From contig BDGG01000018.1 in NCBI GenBank assembly GCA_001949185.1, forward strand, positions 372,001 through 436,000: a DNA stretch of 64,000 bases. The letters are read 5' to 3'. Source of the stretch: Ramazzottius varieornatus (taxonomy: Eukaryota; Animalia; Tardigrada). The notes under the pieces were generated by a model, which saw only the letters and a list, made by a program, of their open reading frames with translations, made no database searches and had not been told where the DNA came from. Shown piece by piece: positions 38,345 to 51,525 of this stretch (positions are counted from its first letter, which is position 1; every line of letters starts with the position of its first letter). The position numbers and the translations under genes are program-made.

Positions 38345-39334
38345 TCAGAGTCTCCGCCCATCTCCCCGCAAGTTCGAGCAATCACTTTCCGTCCCCCCCC
38401 CCTCCCAGAAAGATCCCGCCAAAGGAGCCGGCCTGTGGCCAACGGCCAACGGCCTGTTTGGAGCTCGCATGTACCAGACGAGTACTGCAACGCGCTGGAG
38501 TTTAGGCGGTGACCGTAGCCATTCACTGAAAATCAAGGGACAGACTTTTCGCTACGGCGGCACGGGCAAATGATGCTTACTAGAACTAATGAAAAACGAG
38601 CACTGAGGGATGGCACTGCTGTACGTACGTGCCCGATACTGATGAGCCAGGAACCGAAGAATGTCATATCTGTTACAGTAACTGGATCTCTTTTTTCCCG
38701 GAACAAGAACTCTCTTTTCCTGGTCGACCAGTCGAACGCTGACACATCGATAGCCTGCTGATTTCTTGATTCTAATCAGCAGTCTATTTACCTCATGCCG
38801 GGAAAACACGCCCAAAAACTCCGCCCAGTTTGGGGTGGCCGTATTGGCGAACACTGTAAACGACTAATCCGCAACGTCAAAGCGCAAAAGTCGATCAGCT
38901 GATGGGCACTGTCCGTGTCAGTTTTCCACGGTTACATTCAACTGCGTTTCGTCGTACGTTCCATTTTTATTTCTGGCTGGCATTCGAAATGTAAATTTGT
39001 CGTCCTTTCCGCCTGGTTCCCCATTTTTCCTTCCCCATAATTTCTAATCGTACTTGTATGTTATGTTTTGAGGGTCAGACACTTCGGTGAGTTTGAATAA
39101 CATACTATGCGGTTGTGCGCATAGGAATCAATAATATCTTCCCGTAAACAACAATGAATCGTTTGGCGGTTCGAGAAGCTAGTTACGTACGGCCTCCGGG
39201 TACTAGTAATAATAATGATAACCTTTATTGTCCGAATGCTCTGCCAGGCTAAGCGCTTAGGGGACAAAATTCGAAAGAAAAGTTGGCAAGAGAGCCGTGG
39301 AGAAAAAGAGAGCTGCTGTACAAAAATACAACAA

Positions 39335-39870
39335 CTATACAACCAACAGAGGATCGATAAAATCCTTGCACCACTTCAGGTTTGAAAATTTAAAGTTTAA
39401 CAAGTAGCTCTTAACAGCGCCAAGAGTGAGCAACTGACCAGGACTAGGGCTAAAGAGTGGATCTTTGAGAATCTCTGCAGCAACGTAGGCGAAGGAGGCA
39501 ATAGTGGAGTCCAACAGCTTGCACGATGCTGGAACGAAGCTGACAGGTGACAGGAGGAAATCTTTGGACTGGCTCCTGGTGGTCCTTCCGGGCATTTCTC
39601 TTTTCATGATGAGGTCGCCACCTGCAAACATGCCTTTCCAGATCTTGTAAGTATTTAACAGAATACCTTCTAGTCTTTGCCATAAAGGATGCCACCCAGT
39701 CTCGCCGAGATGTTGCCGGCATTGCGCGAAGTCTGCATCGTGTCTTTCGTTACCTTCCAAGCAGCCCAGGCGAATACTCTGCAGGAACTTCTTTTGGATG
39801 CTCTCAAGCTTCTTTTGTAGCCCTTTCCCCGTGGTGTGCCATGATGATGAAGCATAGTCCATTACTGATC
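39335..39870 (-). mobile_element. 3' fragment of a LINE ORF2 (CR1/L2/Jockey-like)
   Basis: DYASSSW...KKLESIQKKFL...YKIWKG...TRS resembles the post-RT region of these clades. Confidence 0.7.
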
Positions 39871-40147
39871 GAACTGCTGGCTCCGCACCATACTCCGCAC
39901 ACAGGCAATCCGGAGGGCGTCTTTGTTGACGAGTGTTGGCGACCTTGCCTGGTTGTCGTCTATTCGGTCTTCATACTGCGGGCTACGCTTCGCCACAGAG
40001 AGAAGTTCCACAAAACTGTTCGCCCTTTTGAGAAGATTTTAACGGAAAATCCAGGGGTGATTAGTAGTTCCACACTTTATTCAAGATAATATTCAGTTTC
40101 CAAAAGGAAGAAAGACAAATCTAAACAAGGAAAAACACGTCGAAAGC

Positions 40148-42600
40148 TTACGGTATAGGTTTTCCTTTTTTAACATCCAAAACCAAAAACACCTCATCAA
40201 GACCTTTCTGATCTTTAACAGTTGAAATAACAGAAAAACAATTACCACGCTGAATGTCAATAGACACGCGCTGCTTAAAAAAATTGTAAAGCACGAGCCT
40301 CGCCAGTTATCTCAAGCACCTTTTTACCAACTGTCTCAAAAGGTTCCGTTGCTGAAGGTCCCCACGGTCCAAAGGTCTCCAGTCTAACGGCGAAGGGACT
40401 CGTTCAGTGCATTGTGACGACTGTGACGTCTGGCGCTGTACTTGCAGCTCAAGCCGTGCTGTCCGAGCTCGTCCACCATCTTTCCGCACCGACACACGTG
40501 AAGTCTGCATAGTTTTGCGCCTAGACGCAAACCTATGCTTACTCGTAGCGTGGTGTCGTCCAGAAGGTTTCCGAGTGAGGAAGCCGGAAGTGCGTGGAGC
40601 TATGATCCCGAGTTGCTGTCTGAAACAGCTAAAAGACAGGCTTTAGTGTTGAGTGAAGCAGCACTTACCATTGCGTCATGGCTGTTCTTTAGAAGAGGAA
40701 GGTCCCAGGCTCGCTGCTGATGACGCAATTCAGGAACGGCAGGATCAGCTGTCGTCAGGAAGGTCCACCTGGTCAAAGTGAGATTAGTTTCGCTGTCCAA
40801 AGCGGCACCAGGGAGGATGCAGAGCACCAGTTTTTGAACGGAGCGGATCGAAGCAAAACAGGCTGCCCAGTCCACCTAAACCGACTGGAAACGTTGCTTG
40901 ACGCCATGGCTCGGCAGACATCTGGACATTGGTGATTTCCGCTAGACTCGAGCGTACCACCTCGTCGAACTCCTTCAGCACTTCTGGGAATTTCCACAGC
41001 GGGGAGCACTGTAGAATGCACAGGAGTTTAAGCAGGCAGAGGCAATTCTTAAGGAGAAAGAGAGCTTGATGGGCGTGCATGAGGCAGAGTCTTTTGCTGA
41101 AAACTTTCATCAGACCTGTCTTCGCTCGGACAGCTTCTTCCAAGCCCTCTTCCATCAAGGGGGCTCCCAGCAGGCTCAGCTCACTCCTGGAAGGGAGAAG
41201 AATGCCGGGGCAAACAAGGTTCACCTTCTGGCTGATGGCCACCCGATCCTGGTGCGAACCACCAAAGGGGAACAGCTCGCACGTGGACGTATTGAGTTCC
41301 AAGCCCAGCTCCAGCTCTTCCGTCATACCAATCTGTAAATCTGAAACAACACAATCAACATCCACTCCAATGGTATCATCGTCGAGGTACCAGACATTCA
41401 AAGGCGAAGTAAGGCCCTTGGTCAGCCTCTCGATCGCCAGACAAAACAACGAGGAACCTAGGGGATCTCCCTGCTGGACACCGCTTGCTGATTCTAATAC
41501 ATGTCGCCATACACCAACTTTGACGGTTGACTGCCAAACGAAGGGTAGATACATTGGCATGGTGTCATGGACGATTTGGATAAGCACATCCCGACGAATG
41601 GTGTTAAAGGCGTTCTTGAAGTCGAGCTTGAGCAGAATTTTGCTTGCGGTTTTTCCTTCTTCCAGGAAACTCCGCACAGCATGAACTGCTGCTTCTGCTC
41701 CGCCTCTCGTACCGCATCCCACCTGCTCCGGTCTCACTCTTTGCTCCATTTCACTCCCAATTCTTACCCGCAAGGCGACGTGGTGTGTCACCCACGGCGA
41801 TGGGACGAATACCACCACCTTTCTTCTTCAGAGCTGTCAGGGAAGCGCCATACAGTACCTCACATACATTGTCCGGCACTTTACCATGCAACATCTGAGT
41901 CATGAGTTTCGCCAGTGCTTCCGCCAAGGCCACTGTTGCTCCATTCGAAGCGCCTGCCAACATATCCTTGATGTGCTGAGGTCGTAAGCCATCGAGACCA
42001 CCAGCTGAGCCATTCGGAAAACTCCGAACTGCTGCTACCACTTCCACTACCGTTACCTCGGGTGGAAGCGCTGTATCTTCAGGTCTCTCTTTGAAGACTG
42101 CATCTGGACTCTCAGAAGATGCTGGGCTCTTAAGATGTCAAGAACTTCGGTTGAGGGGACAGCTACCGAATCTTCGGGCGACAAGACCCGAAGCGCTCCG
42201 CTTATGTCACCGTCGTTGATCATGCCTTCCACGATTTTCTTCACCGAGGCTTCCGCTGTCTGCTTCTTGCTTTTCATCTTCTCTCGCTTGGAGATGTCGA
42301 GCTGTTGTCTCGAGAGGTTGTTCTTGACGGTGGTGATAAGATTAGGTTTCTTGTTGTTCTTCACTTCCGGTTGCTTCAGACCTGCGAAACTGAACAGGAG
42401 TAATTCACGCCAGGACGAATCTGACTTCTGCTGCAGGACATCCAGTTTGTCGGTAAAGCTGGTAGCTGTTGTCATGCCTGCACCCTTTGGAATCCTCCTG
42501 ATGATCCTTGTCGTCGCTCTGAGTTTCTGCAGCAACGAAAGGATAGGCTCGGAGTCGATCAGCTGATCAGTGGTCGTGGTTGCGTGCGATGCCTGACTTG
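40148..42600 (-). mobile_element. CRE-clade non-LTR retrotransposon (RT + RLE region), frameshifted and internally deleted
   Basis: GSAGGLDGLRPQH, LKKKGGGIRPIAVG, GGAEAAVHAVR, KLDFKNAFN, GVQQGDPLG, WYLDD, LGGLG, CRCG...HGLSC...RH, RVSIDIQRGN. AATAAA near 40080. Confidence 0.92.
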
Positions 42601-43989
42601 AGCAAGAAAGGCCATCTCTTCTGTTCTCTTCCTGCTGAGCTAAACATGGCCGTTAGTCAACATGTCTGCTCATTCCTTTGGTAGTTGAAGCACAGAGAGG
42701 TTTATTGTCAGAACAGATGCAGACGCAAATCAGGGATGTATGACGTCGTTGTGGCGTCAAAACTTTGTCAGTCGAAATTTCGAACCACTTCAGACTTTTG
42801 TGACGAAGTTATCTGACCATTGTCAAATGGCCAATTCGGCATTGTGTTCCTCAATGTCTGTCATTTTATTGCATGAGCAGTTCATCTTGCAGACGTCGAG
42901 ACAGAAATCCTCCTTGATTGTTGTCATGTTTTCAAATAGGCTTACTGCCAGTGCAGTTTGCCATTGATGTATGGATCGGGGCCTGGGGTGCGCAGGACGA
43001 AATGGGTGAACTCTTGGCCAACTGCGTGCGGGGTGCCAGCGCGGTAAGGACTGACATCGTATCCACGGTCCTCGCTCTCAAAGTGTGTTACTATTAGCGT
43101 CTTGGAGAGAATGCGTCTCCCTCTTTCAACAGAATCTTTCCATGAGTGACATACTCTGCAATTAGAAGTGCCGGTTACCAGACATCCGCTACGGATGAAA
43201 ACATTGACAAACAAACTGCAGAAGTTTGTTCTCCCAGGTGGCGCACGGTCTCCGTACTATTGACCGAAAGCGTGCGCCACTTGGAAAAACCATCTTATCA
43301 AGTCTGATTGTTTTCTGTGATGGCGCGCGTTTCCAGTGTTATTGGCTGAAAGCCAACGCGACTTTGGACACCGATCTGGTCAAGTCTGGTTGTCTCATGT
43401 TGGCCGATACGGAAAAAGCAGACATTTCATGACTAGTACTAAGCAGCACGCCCCAGCATAACGGCGCTATGCGCGCCATAAATTGTCCACGAAGTAAAGC
43501 TTCAGGTCGTTCCAGAACATTTCACTGAGGTTCACTTTTTCCAGGACTTTATCGAAAACTTCAAGGTGATTCAGTGACCTTCTTGTACGCGAGGTTAGAT
43601 GAGATCGCGAGAAAAATTCCCTTTCTTCAGGCTGTCGGATTCCGTCAAGAAGACGATTTCGATCGCAGTCCATCGACCACAGAGTACACCCTTCCTAATT
43701 TCTTTCAGATCGATCTGCACGAAATATCCCTGTATGCGATTGCAGTTGGCCAGAGCAGGAGAAACATTACGATCGTACGCATGACAAGTCTGCACGTCTT
43801 GGCCGTAGGTGAAGCCGATAAGGCATTTCAACCATCTCTACTCGGCTCTTGTCCATCTTTTGCATTCTCTAGAATGACAAGAATGTTTACACCGGTCTGG
43901 AATAATTATCATCTCATGTAAACGGAAAGTTCGGACTAGGCTCTAATGATGGGTAAATGTACAGTACTTCGAACAAAGGTCCAAACATA

Positions 43990-44210
43990 CAGTGTAAGCA
44001 AATAAGGTACTCTAAAAGGGGGCAAGGTCAGAATCGAGTTTTCGACCGGTGAGGTAGTAAACAGACAGCTAATCAGGCTGCAATCCAGATTCCAGAGACG
44101 TGAATTGCCGCTTGATCAGCTGATCACTTCGAGTCGCAGTTGGTACGTCACCAATCAAAAACTCGATTTTGGCCCTGCCACCTTTTAGAGTACCTTATTT
44201 GCCCACAGTG
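43990..44210. mobile_element. Tc1-type MITE (221 bp)
   Basis: TIR CA(G/C)TGT..GCAAATAAGGTACTCTAAAAGG extending imperfectly to ~60 bp; TA TSD on both sides. Confidence 0.88.
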
Positions 44211-44644
44211 TAGATGCCGTTAACCACATGAAGTTCATGACTTCGTGTCACGATCCTAGGAGGAGGCGCTGTCATCTACCCCCTAACTACGAGACCGGTG
44301 GACCCCTAAAAAGTTTTAAAACCTCGACCCAGAGTAACTCTGATACGTAGACCCCAGTTTTTGGAGGGCATAGTTGAAAAAAGTGCTCCACCATCTGACG
44401 GATCAAGACACGGAGTTTTCGACTAGACGCACCAGGCACCTATGAGCTCAAAGACTACAGCTGTACCTTCGGTTTTTCCTGCAAGCGTGCACGCACTCAA
44501 ATTTCCATGTCCAGGATAAGCGATGAACGTCGGAGACTTGCTGTGGGCGACGTTGAAAAACGTTGTGTTAGCTCGGTTTGGGGCTAGCTCGGCCAGGCTC
44601 TGTGACCGTTCACACTGTACTCAAGTAGGGTGATCCGATGGAGA

Positions 44645-44878
44645 CCGTCGTTATACCATTGCCGAAGTATTGTTGTAAAAGTGGCAAATCAATCAATCGA
44701 CAATCCGGGCGGGGTCGTAAGGCGGTACAATCAAAGGCCTTGATTGGTACTTCCGGTGCAACCAGCTGTTACCTCGTAGACTNNNNNNNNNNNNNNNNNN
44801 NNNNNNNNNNNNNNNNNNNNNNNNNNNNNNNNTGATTTTCCACTTTTACAACAACACTTCGGCAATGGTAATTACGGT
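44645..44878. mobile_element. TIR element spanning the second assembly gap (50 N at 44783-44832)
   Basis: TACCATTGCCGAAGT(A/G)TTGTTGTAAAAGTGG.AAATCA occurs inverted on the two sides of the gap. Confidence 0.7.
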
Positions 44879-45589
44879 GAAATTTAAAAGACTTGGGACG
44901 GTTTCCAAAAACGATTGGCAGCTACTGGCCAGTCGTCACGGCCAACAGGAAAGCCCATACGACCCAAGTTTTTCCAACGTCCGCATGAAAAATCAAACGC
45001 GGTTTTCGACAGATGTGGTGGCTTCACCTGTTTTCCCCCTGACCTTTCATTCGGGCAAGCAGTAAAACAACCTAAAGGAGACGGGCACCAGGATAATATC
45101 AGCTTTCTTGTTCTGCTTTGAGCACTCCGCTTGATTAGACTGGCCTAATACTCAGCGGTAAGCTGGCTTCTCGCACCCTACTGTTTTTGTGCAGTGCTCG
45201 CATGACCAATCGTTCAGAATCCATAAGCGCGCCAAAGCTCGGAAACTGAACGTCTAGTTGCTAGCGCCAGGTCTGGCTTCCACTAATATAGTAACTGATG
45301 AGCAGAAAGTGCTTGTCATGATTTTGCGGCTGTCTCTGCCGAGCAGATTTTCCTCTGATAAATTGATTTACAGGAATCCAATACCACCTTGGGAGTCAAC
45401 GGCAGCAGGTACAGAGTATAATATCAATGCCAAACCTGCACATCAGCAATAATCTGCCCCACAGCCATTTCCTTTGCAAGCTAGTCAGTCACCTTTCGGT
45501 GCTTGTTATGTTTTGTTCTAGCTGGACTGATGATGTTGCTGTATAGCTAGGTACGGCGGTAAAACGGCCTGGTCATCTGAGCTTGACGT

Positions 45590-48553
45590 TTGCCGGTCTT
45601 ATCCGGCCTGGCGGGCTCGAGCTCGATGGTGCTTTATATCGAAATCATATCCTTAAGCTTGTACTATGCTTCCAACATGGGGGCCTTGTTCTATGTGGGA
45701 CCCGCCTACGAGACTGCGATGTCGGATATCCGGAGGTTATACCCCAACCTGAATGTCAGCCACAATCTTATAACAGACACTCGTTTCGTGCAATGTACCG
45801 ACTGGATGGACACTAGCGATGACTTCATCGCCCAATACTATTATCGCAACGAGGACCGATGGCAGCGCGCCAACCTGACCCTCTTCCTCAACACTGTCGC
45901 CGGTATGGGAAATGTCCTGCTAAATGCTACAGCTCACCCAAGCGTACAAGGCTTTTGTCATACCTTTTAATTGTAGATTGCGATGGCCATGGCTCGGCCA
46001 CTCTAGCGACTAACCTGCGAAAGTTTGTGATAAGGTGACAATGACAGTTTGGCTTTCCCCTTTTGCCCATATGCATCTACCAACTGCCATGATGAATTAT
46101 GTCTATTATTGTAGCTCGTCACCGGCAGGTGACATAGAAAACAAGGTGAAATGGCCTACGAGGATCGAGACAGGTTCTGCCGGCAAAGCAGCCTTAGTCA
46201 GTGCCACCAAACTGTTTGCCGCCTTGTTGCTACACTTTAACTGGACAACTGTCTCCATTGTCTGCGACGCCTATCGCAACCCGTTGTACGATACCGTAGC
46301 ACAAATCATGCAGGCAACGTTGAGCCGCCTACTGAGGTCCAACGTCAGCCTGACCAGGGTCGATGGGTTCTCGCCCCAGACCGACTACAACTTCATACTC
46401 AACGAAGTCAATAAACAAACTCGGGGTAAATAAGGTCATTTGGTGGGCATCTTCCATGGTAGGATTGCTATCTATATCAATATTGCGTTCAGGCGTCGAC
46501 ACTATTGACTATCTGTTCGTAGTGGTGCTATACATTGTTTTCGGCAGCACTTTACGGAAGTTTCTAGTGAGTATTACGTGTGTACAGTATTACGTGTGTA
46601 TCAAGCCTTTTGTGTCCACCCATAGATTGCCGCCCGATCGTTGAACATGACGCAAGGAGAGCATGTGAGCAATAAGCCGATTATCATTTCTTGGGGTTTC
46701 TGTATTATTTATGGATTACGCTCCGTGTCGACACTGCCGCTCTTGTTCCATCTGCAGGTCCATCTCTGCTTCAGAGTCACGCGCAACCCTCTTCTAGGCA
46801 ACTTCCATTGGCGATATGGTGATAAGTACGACGAGGTGAGCGACAATCCTGCGTGCTTACCGAGAGGGATATTTCAAGCAGAAAAGCCGTGCTGAGATTG
46901 TGGAAGTGACCGTTAGGTGGCTAAGGAAGCATACAGGACCGTCTTGATCGCCGAGTCGGATCCAGATCTTGATGTGCCGCCTGCTGGAAGTGAAGCTCGC
47001 CGCCTGCGGGAGCAATGGCGCCAGGCCTCCTTGGAACGCTACAACTTTTCCTACGCGGCCAGCGAGCCGGTAAGTCAGTTGGATAGTGCGTCCAAGGACG
47101 AGCGAAACAAATCTATAGACCACTCATGTCTCTGCCATCTCCACAGAACACGAACCTATTTCCCGCCTATACCATGCCCTTGATGGTTGCCCAAGTAAGC
47201 TACTGTAGTGCTACCAGACTATCGCGCACTCAACCAGGTGATGAGTCACCGTTGCCCAGTACGATCAGATGACTCAGTGTCGTCTGTGACTTTCACCCGG
47301 GCACCATTTACTGTTCACGTGGTTGAGTGCGCGATAATTTGGTAGCACTACAGTATGCTCAAGACCTGCTCGTTCCCCACACGCACGACGAGAAATTATG
47401 GGGCAGGTTTTTTGGCTACGGCGGTTACGGAAGAACGTACTGTAAATATTCGCTGCATCCGCGCAGTACGTATCCGGACGTAACAATGTACCCCCCCCCC
47501 CTCCCCACCCCGTTGGGCGTTGCGCAGTCAGTGAAACCGGAGCCGGGCTGTACTTCACTTGTACGATGACGTACTACGCGGATGCAGCGAATATCTACGC
47601 GACTGATTCGTCTGGCCCATAATTTATCCTGGGTCATAATTTCTCGACGGGCGTGTACCTTTGACTTTCCAGATCCAGAGAGCCTGACGTACATACTTAA
47701 GCTTGCAGGTCGTGGCAGAGATGGTCGGTGCCAATCTGACGGAACTGCTGCAGGATGGCCGACACATAGCACGGAGGTTCTACAATCGAACCTTCAGACT
47801 GAGGACCGGCAACGTTAGCTTCGACCAGTACGGCAGTAGTGCCGGCGTCGATGGAATCGTGGAACAGTACGACGAAGCAGGCAATCTGACGGTACGCCTG
47901 CAGACATCGGACAAAAGCAACCAGTGCTGAAGCCAAGTGTCTTTTACAGAAAGTAGTGCATTGTGCCGTTGGTACCGTTGTACCGTTGGCCCCGGTACGA
48001 ATAATCGAGATCAAGGCCGTTACATGGGTGGGAGGCGTATGGCCGCCACCCAATCGACCGCCATGCGGCTTCGACGGGATGGACCCTGATTGCCAGCCGA
48101 AACGTACGTTGGCCGTCGAAACACTGCACCCACCTGCTTTACCTACTGCTTTGCGCTTCCTTCTAATCCGCTAGCTGCTTGCAGGGAACCAAAACATGGA
48201 AGTCAGTATCGCGGTAACCTTGGCCATTCTCTGCGCTGTGCTTCTGCTGGCTGTGGCTAAAGTTCAACATTCAGTCCGCATGTAAGTGAACAGCTTGTGA
48301 TTGGACCACGCAAAGGTACCTCAATCTCCGCTTCCATTGCAGAAGCAGAGAAAGATGGTGGTGGGAAGTTCATGAACGAGAGTTATCAAGGATGGGCGCT
48401 GCATGGAGGAGGATGACACTCTATGACCTGCTTTCAAGAACTAGCTTACACGCAATACCAAGGAAAAGCTCTGCACACGGCTGGAAACCCGATGACTATC
48501 TTTTACTACGTCAAGATCTAGAAGAGATTACGTCTAGATCTAGAAGACATTGA
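45590..48553 (+). CDS. Natriuretic-peptide-receptor / receptor-guanylyl-cyclase-like single-pass protein: ANF-receptor ectodomain, TM helix, short tail; ~12 exons; 5' end unresolved
   Basis: GPAYETAM, LLLHFNWTTVSIVCD, LNMTQGEHV, AKEAYRTVL, FYNRTF...GNVSFDQYG, WPPPNRPPCGFDG, TM ISIA-like segment VSIAVTLAILCAVLLLAVA (48200-48258), then WWWEVHEREL; stop TGA at 48551-53. Consistent GT-AG phases. Confidence 0.8.
47203..47353. mobile_element. 151-bp TA-inserting MITE in an intron of the receptor gene
   Basis: TIR CTGTAGTGCTACCA.A.TATCGCGCACTCAACCA; TA TSD at 47201-02 and 47354-55. Confidence 0.88.
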
Positions 48554-49885
48554 GTTGAAGAATGTGGTATCGAAAATACAGTAGCCAGAAATACGATGAC
48601 CTTTTGCAGTGAGGGACCTTAGCAGCGCCCTCTGTGACCAGGCGGAGGCCGAACTGCTGACCTTTGGCGCAACCGCTCTCAGTCGTGACACTCTTTCGAC
48701 TTCGCTGGAATTCTGAAGAAATAACTTCAGGTAAATTTGAAACCGTCAGTGGGTGTGGTTGGAAGCTGGTCGAGTTGGGACGATCTATTCTGGAAGCGCG
48801 CTTGCCTCACTGCTAGAGCAGCCTTCTCCCGTAACCATGAAAAAAAAAACGAAAGAGGAACAAGGACATCACGTACCATGTGCATAGATGACATGGGCAG
48901 CTTATTCTTCCCGTACTGAAAATCTACATTATGCCGGAAATGTCAGTCTGACAGCTTCCTGTGGCGTCATGTGGTTGTGCGCCATGGCACCCTTCTCCCC
49001 TGACGATCATTTTCAATCGTGGGCCTCTCCGGCAACAGCTGCACGGCTGCTTCGGCCAATATGCTGTTTGTCATTTTCCACACAAATTACAGTAACTCGT
49101 CAGACAGCCAAGTAGTAATTTTAACTGTTTATCTGCTTCCAAAGTGGAAGACACCAGACGAGGGTTTTCCCAGTGAGTGAGCCCGACGTCGACTTGTTCA
49201 CTCTGGCTTGGATAATGAAGAAACTCATTTCGGACTTGGTACTTCGGTCAGCGGGCAAAATGTTCAGGACTGAATTTTTTCATCTGGGGCTGTTTGGGTC
49301 GATTTGAAACGGCTAACGCAGCCTTCTGTGTTACTCATTGGCGCTTCCTTAGGTCCAAAGTTCAGGCTGATCAGATGGAAGATGACCGAGTTATAATTTT
49401 TTGTGAAGGGTAGGTAGCCCTTATCAGGAACTTTGAACCGCCTTGCTTACTGAGTGGTTTTTGCATGGATGGAATGTTCTGAAGCTCCGTCTGGCAGCAC
49501 AAACCAAAAAACACTTGGCAATAACTCAAAACGTGCAGAGTAGTCGCGGGCAGTCAGGAAAATGGAAGTTGTTGCGAAAAAGAGATAGCGTCCCGATGAC
49601 GAAGATGCCGTCTAAGCAACCTTCTACCTGTCGCGGCCAAATACCGAACGTCATTTGGCATGTAATGAACCGACGTTGCAACGCATTACGGCTTGCCACG
49701 TTAGTTTATGAGAAACAGTTCGCGTGGACCCTTCCAAGGGAGCTTTACCCTTTCTACAGGGGCAAGTGGTGGGCAAAAGGGGCAAAAGGGGCAAAAACAC
49801 ATCAGGTTACAGCAACAAAAATGACTGACCAATCCACAAACACCGCTGCTAACCAGAAGCTGTTAGTCCAGCCACCAAAAACATC

Positions 49886-50330
49886 CTAGACTATCTGGCT
49901 GCTCACATCCAGAACGTAAAAGACTTCCTGGAGCCCACGGGAAAACGGAAAAGTTCCCCAAACAGAGGCATCGTTACCACGTCGAATATCAATACTCACT
50001 CGCTGACGTAAAAATTTAAGATATCTTTTCCCCGGTATGTTTAGCCATCTTTCTTCGTACGTCTCAAATCCAACAGGACAGAAAGAATAGTTACCTTGCA
50101 GTCTCTGGTACTTCGTGCGCTTGAATTCTTCTGCCCTGCTAGCCGCGTATCCGGCGCTTAGCAATGACCCATCCACATGGATCAGGCAGAAGGTGTCAAC
50201 ACTGGCCAGTGGCCACCATCCCATACCAGAGCCGGTTGGCATATTGGGGCTCTCAGCCTCAACCCAACCGAGATACCAAGTGATGCGTCGTCGAGGAGGT
50301 AACTAGAGGCAGGGAGAGCATTTAACCCCG
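49886..50330 (-). mobile_element. 3' fragment of a CRE-clade retrotransposon
   Basis: ALPASS.LLDD.SLGISVGLRL; DTFC...AASRAEEFKRTKY...FCPVGFETY...FLRQRVSIDIRRGN. Confidence 0.85.
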
Positions 50331-51167
50331 CACCATCCGAGCCTTCTCTTTGCGGGAACAGGACTCGACGATTTCCAGCTAGATTCTTCCTCTTGACTCT
50401 GTTATAGCCGGAAACGGTCATGAGCGATGCTTCTTCCTGGTGTCACGGTCATTGACTGCGCATGCGCTGGACATGTCCGCAGCCAGTTGATCCAGGTTTG
50501 GTGTTTTTTGTTATCCTCGTTACTTGAACCACAGTCCGATGAGGACTTGGAGTCGGCTGAGCACACAGAGAATGCGTCCACTGTTCCTCAAGTAAGAAAG
50601 GGAACCACTGCGGAGATTTCACTTACCGGAAGGACTGCATCATACGTTGTACGACGACCACGTTGATGCCAGCGAATCCCTCGAAGTCGTGCTTTCAGTA
50701 GGTGACAAGCAGTCTAGACCGGAAACAGGCGCAAGTGCCCAAATACCGCTTCCCACTCGAGACACCACGTGGGCCAGGTTTTTGAAACAACGGAAGCCCA
50801 GCACCGACACCATGTGGGCCGATGATGATATGGCCTTCCAATCAAAAGGAGCTTATCTCTATACGCTTCGGCTGAGTAATGACTCAATAATCCATTATCC
50901 GTCTGAGAACCGAGGTGAACGAGGCATCCTTCTATTGATCACTCTTGATACGAACTTCTGCCATGATGGTTTCCAGTTTCAGGTACCAAGCTCATGTTCC
51001 TCTTGGTCCGTATCTCCATCATCACTCGAAACGATCTTTCCTGCAAGTAAAGCCGCCTTGGTGAGCCAAAGTCCCACTGGGCGACGCGTTCAGTTAGATA
51101 CCCAGACTCCCAGAGGAATGCGCGACTTCACAAGGGCCCAAGCGGGACAGAGCACTTCCTGTTTCCG

Positions 51168-51525
51168 CCACAGGTCAGGCTGTTCGTCAGAAAAGTCAGG
51201 AAACATGGTAGACCAATACGGGAAGTCGAAATCAGTCAGAAAAGTGGGATCATAGACCGGTAAGTGTGGAGCCCTTCGTCAGATTCGGAGTCCAGTCGAA
51301 TCATGACAAGATGAAAGCGTGTCGAAGCACAATGTACTCCGCAGATCCTGCCAGGCTTCTACCTGCAACTCCCGTCTGTTATTTACGACCAGCTCGCTTT
51401 TATGGACTGAGGATCCGACTTTGGATGCTCCAGATACCGGTCCATGATCCCATTCTTCTGACTGATTTCGACTTCCCGTATTAGTCAATCTGTTCGGAAT
51501 TTCGAACGAAAACCCTGACCTGTGG
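51168..51525. mobile_element. MITE with ~95-bp imperfect TIRs
   Basis: CCACAGGTCAGG...AATACGGGAAGTCGAAATCAGTCAGAA...GACCGGTA is inverted at ~51435-51525; TSD unclear. Confidence 0.75.

Noticed and set aside
42740-43920. ORF fragments upstream of the CRE element
   Set aside because: Multiple stops on both strands and no identifiable domain.
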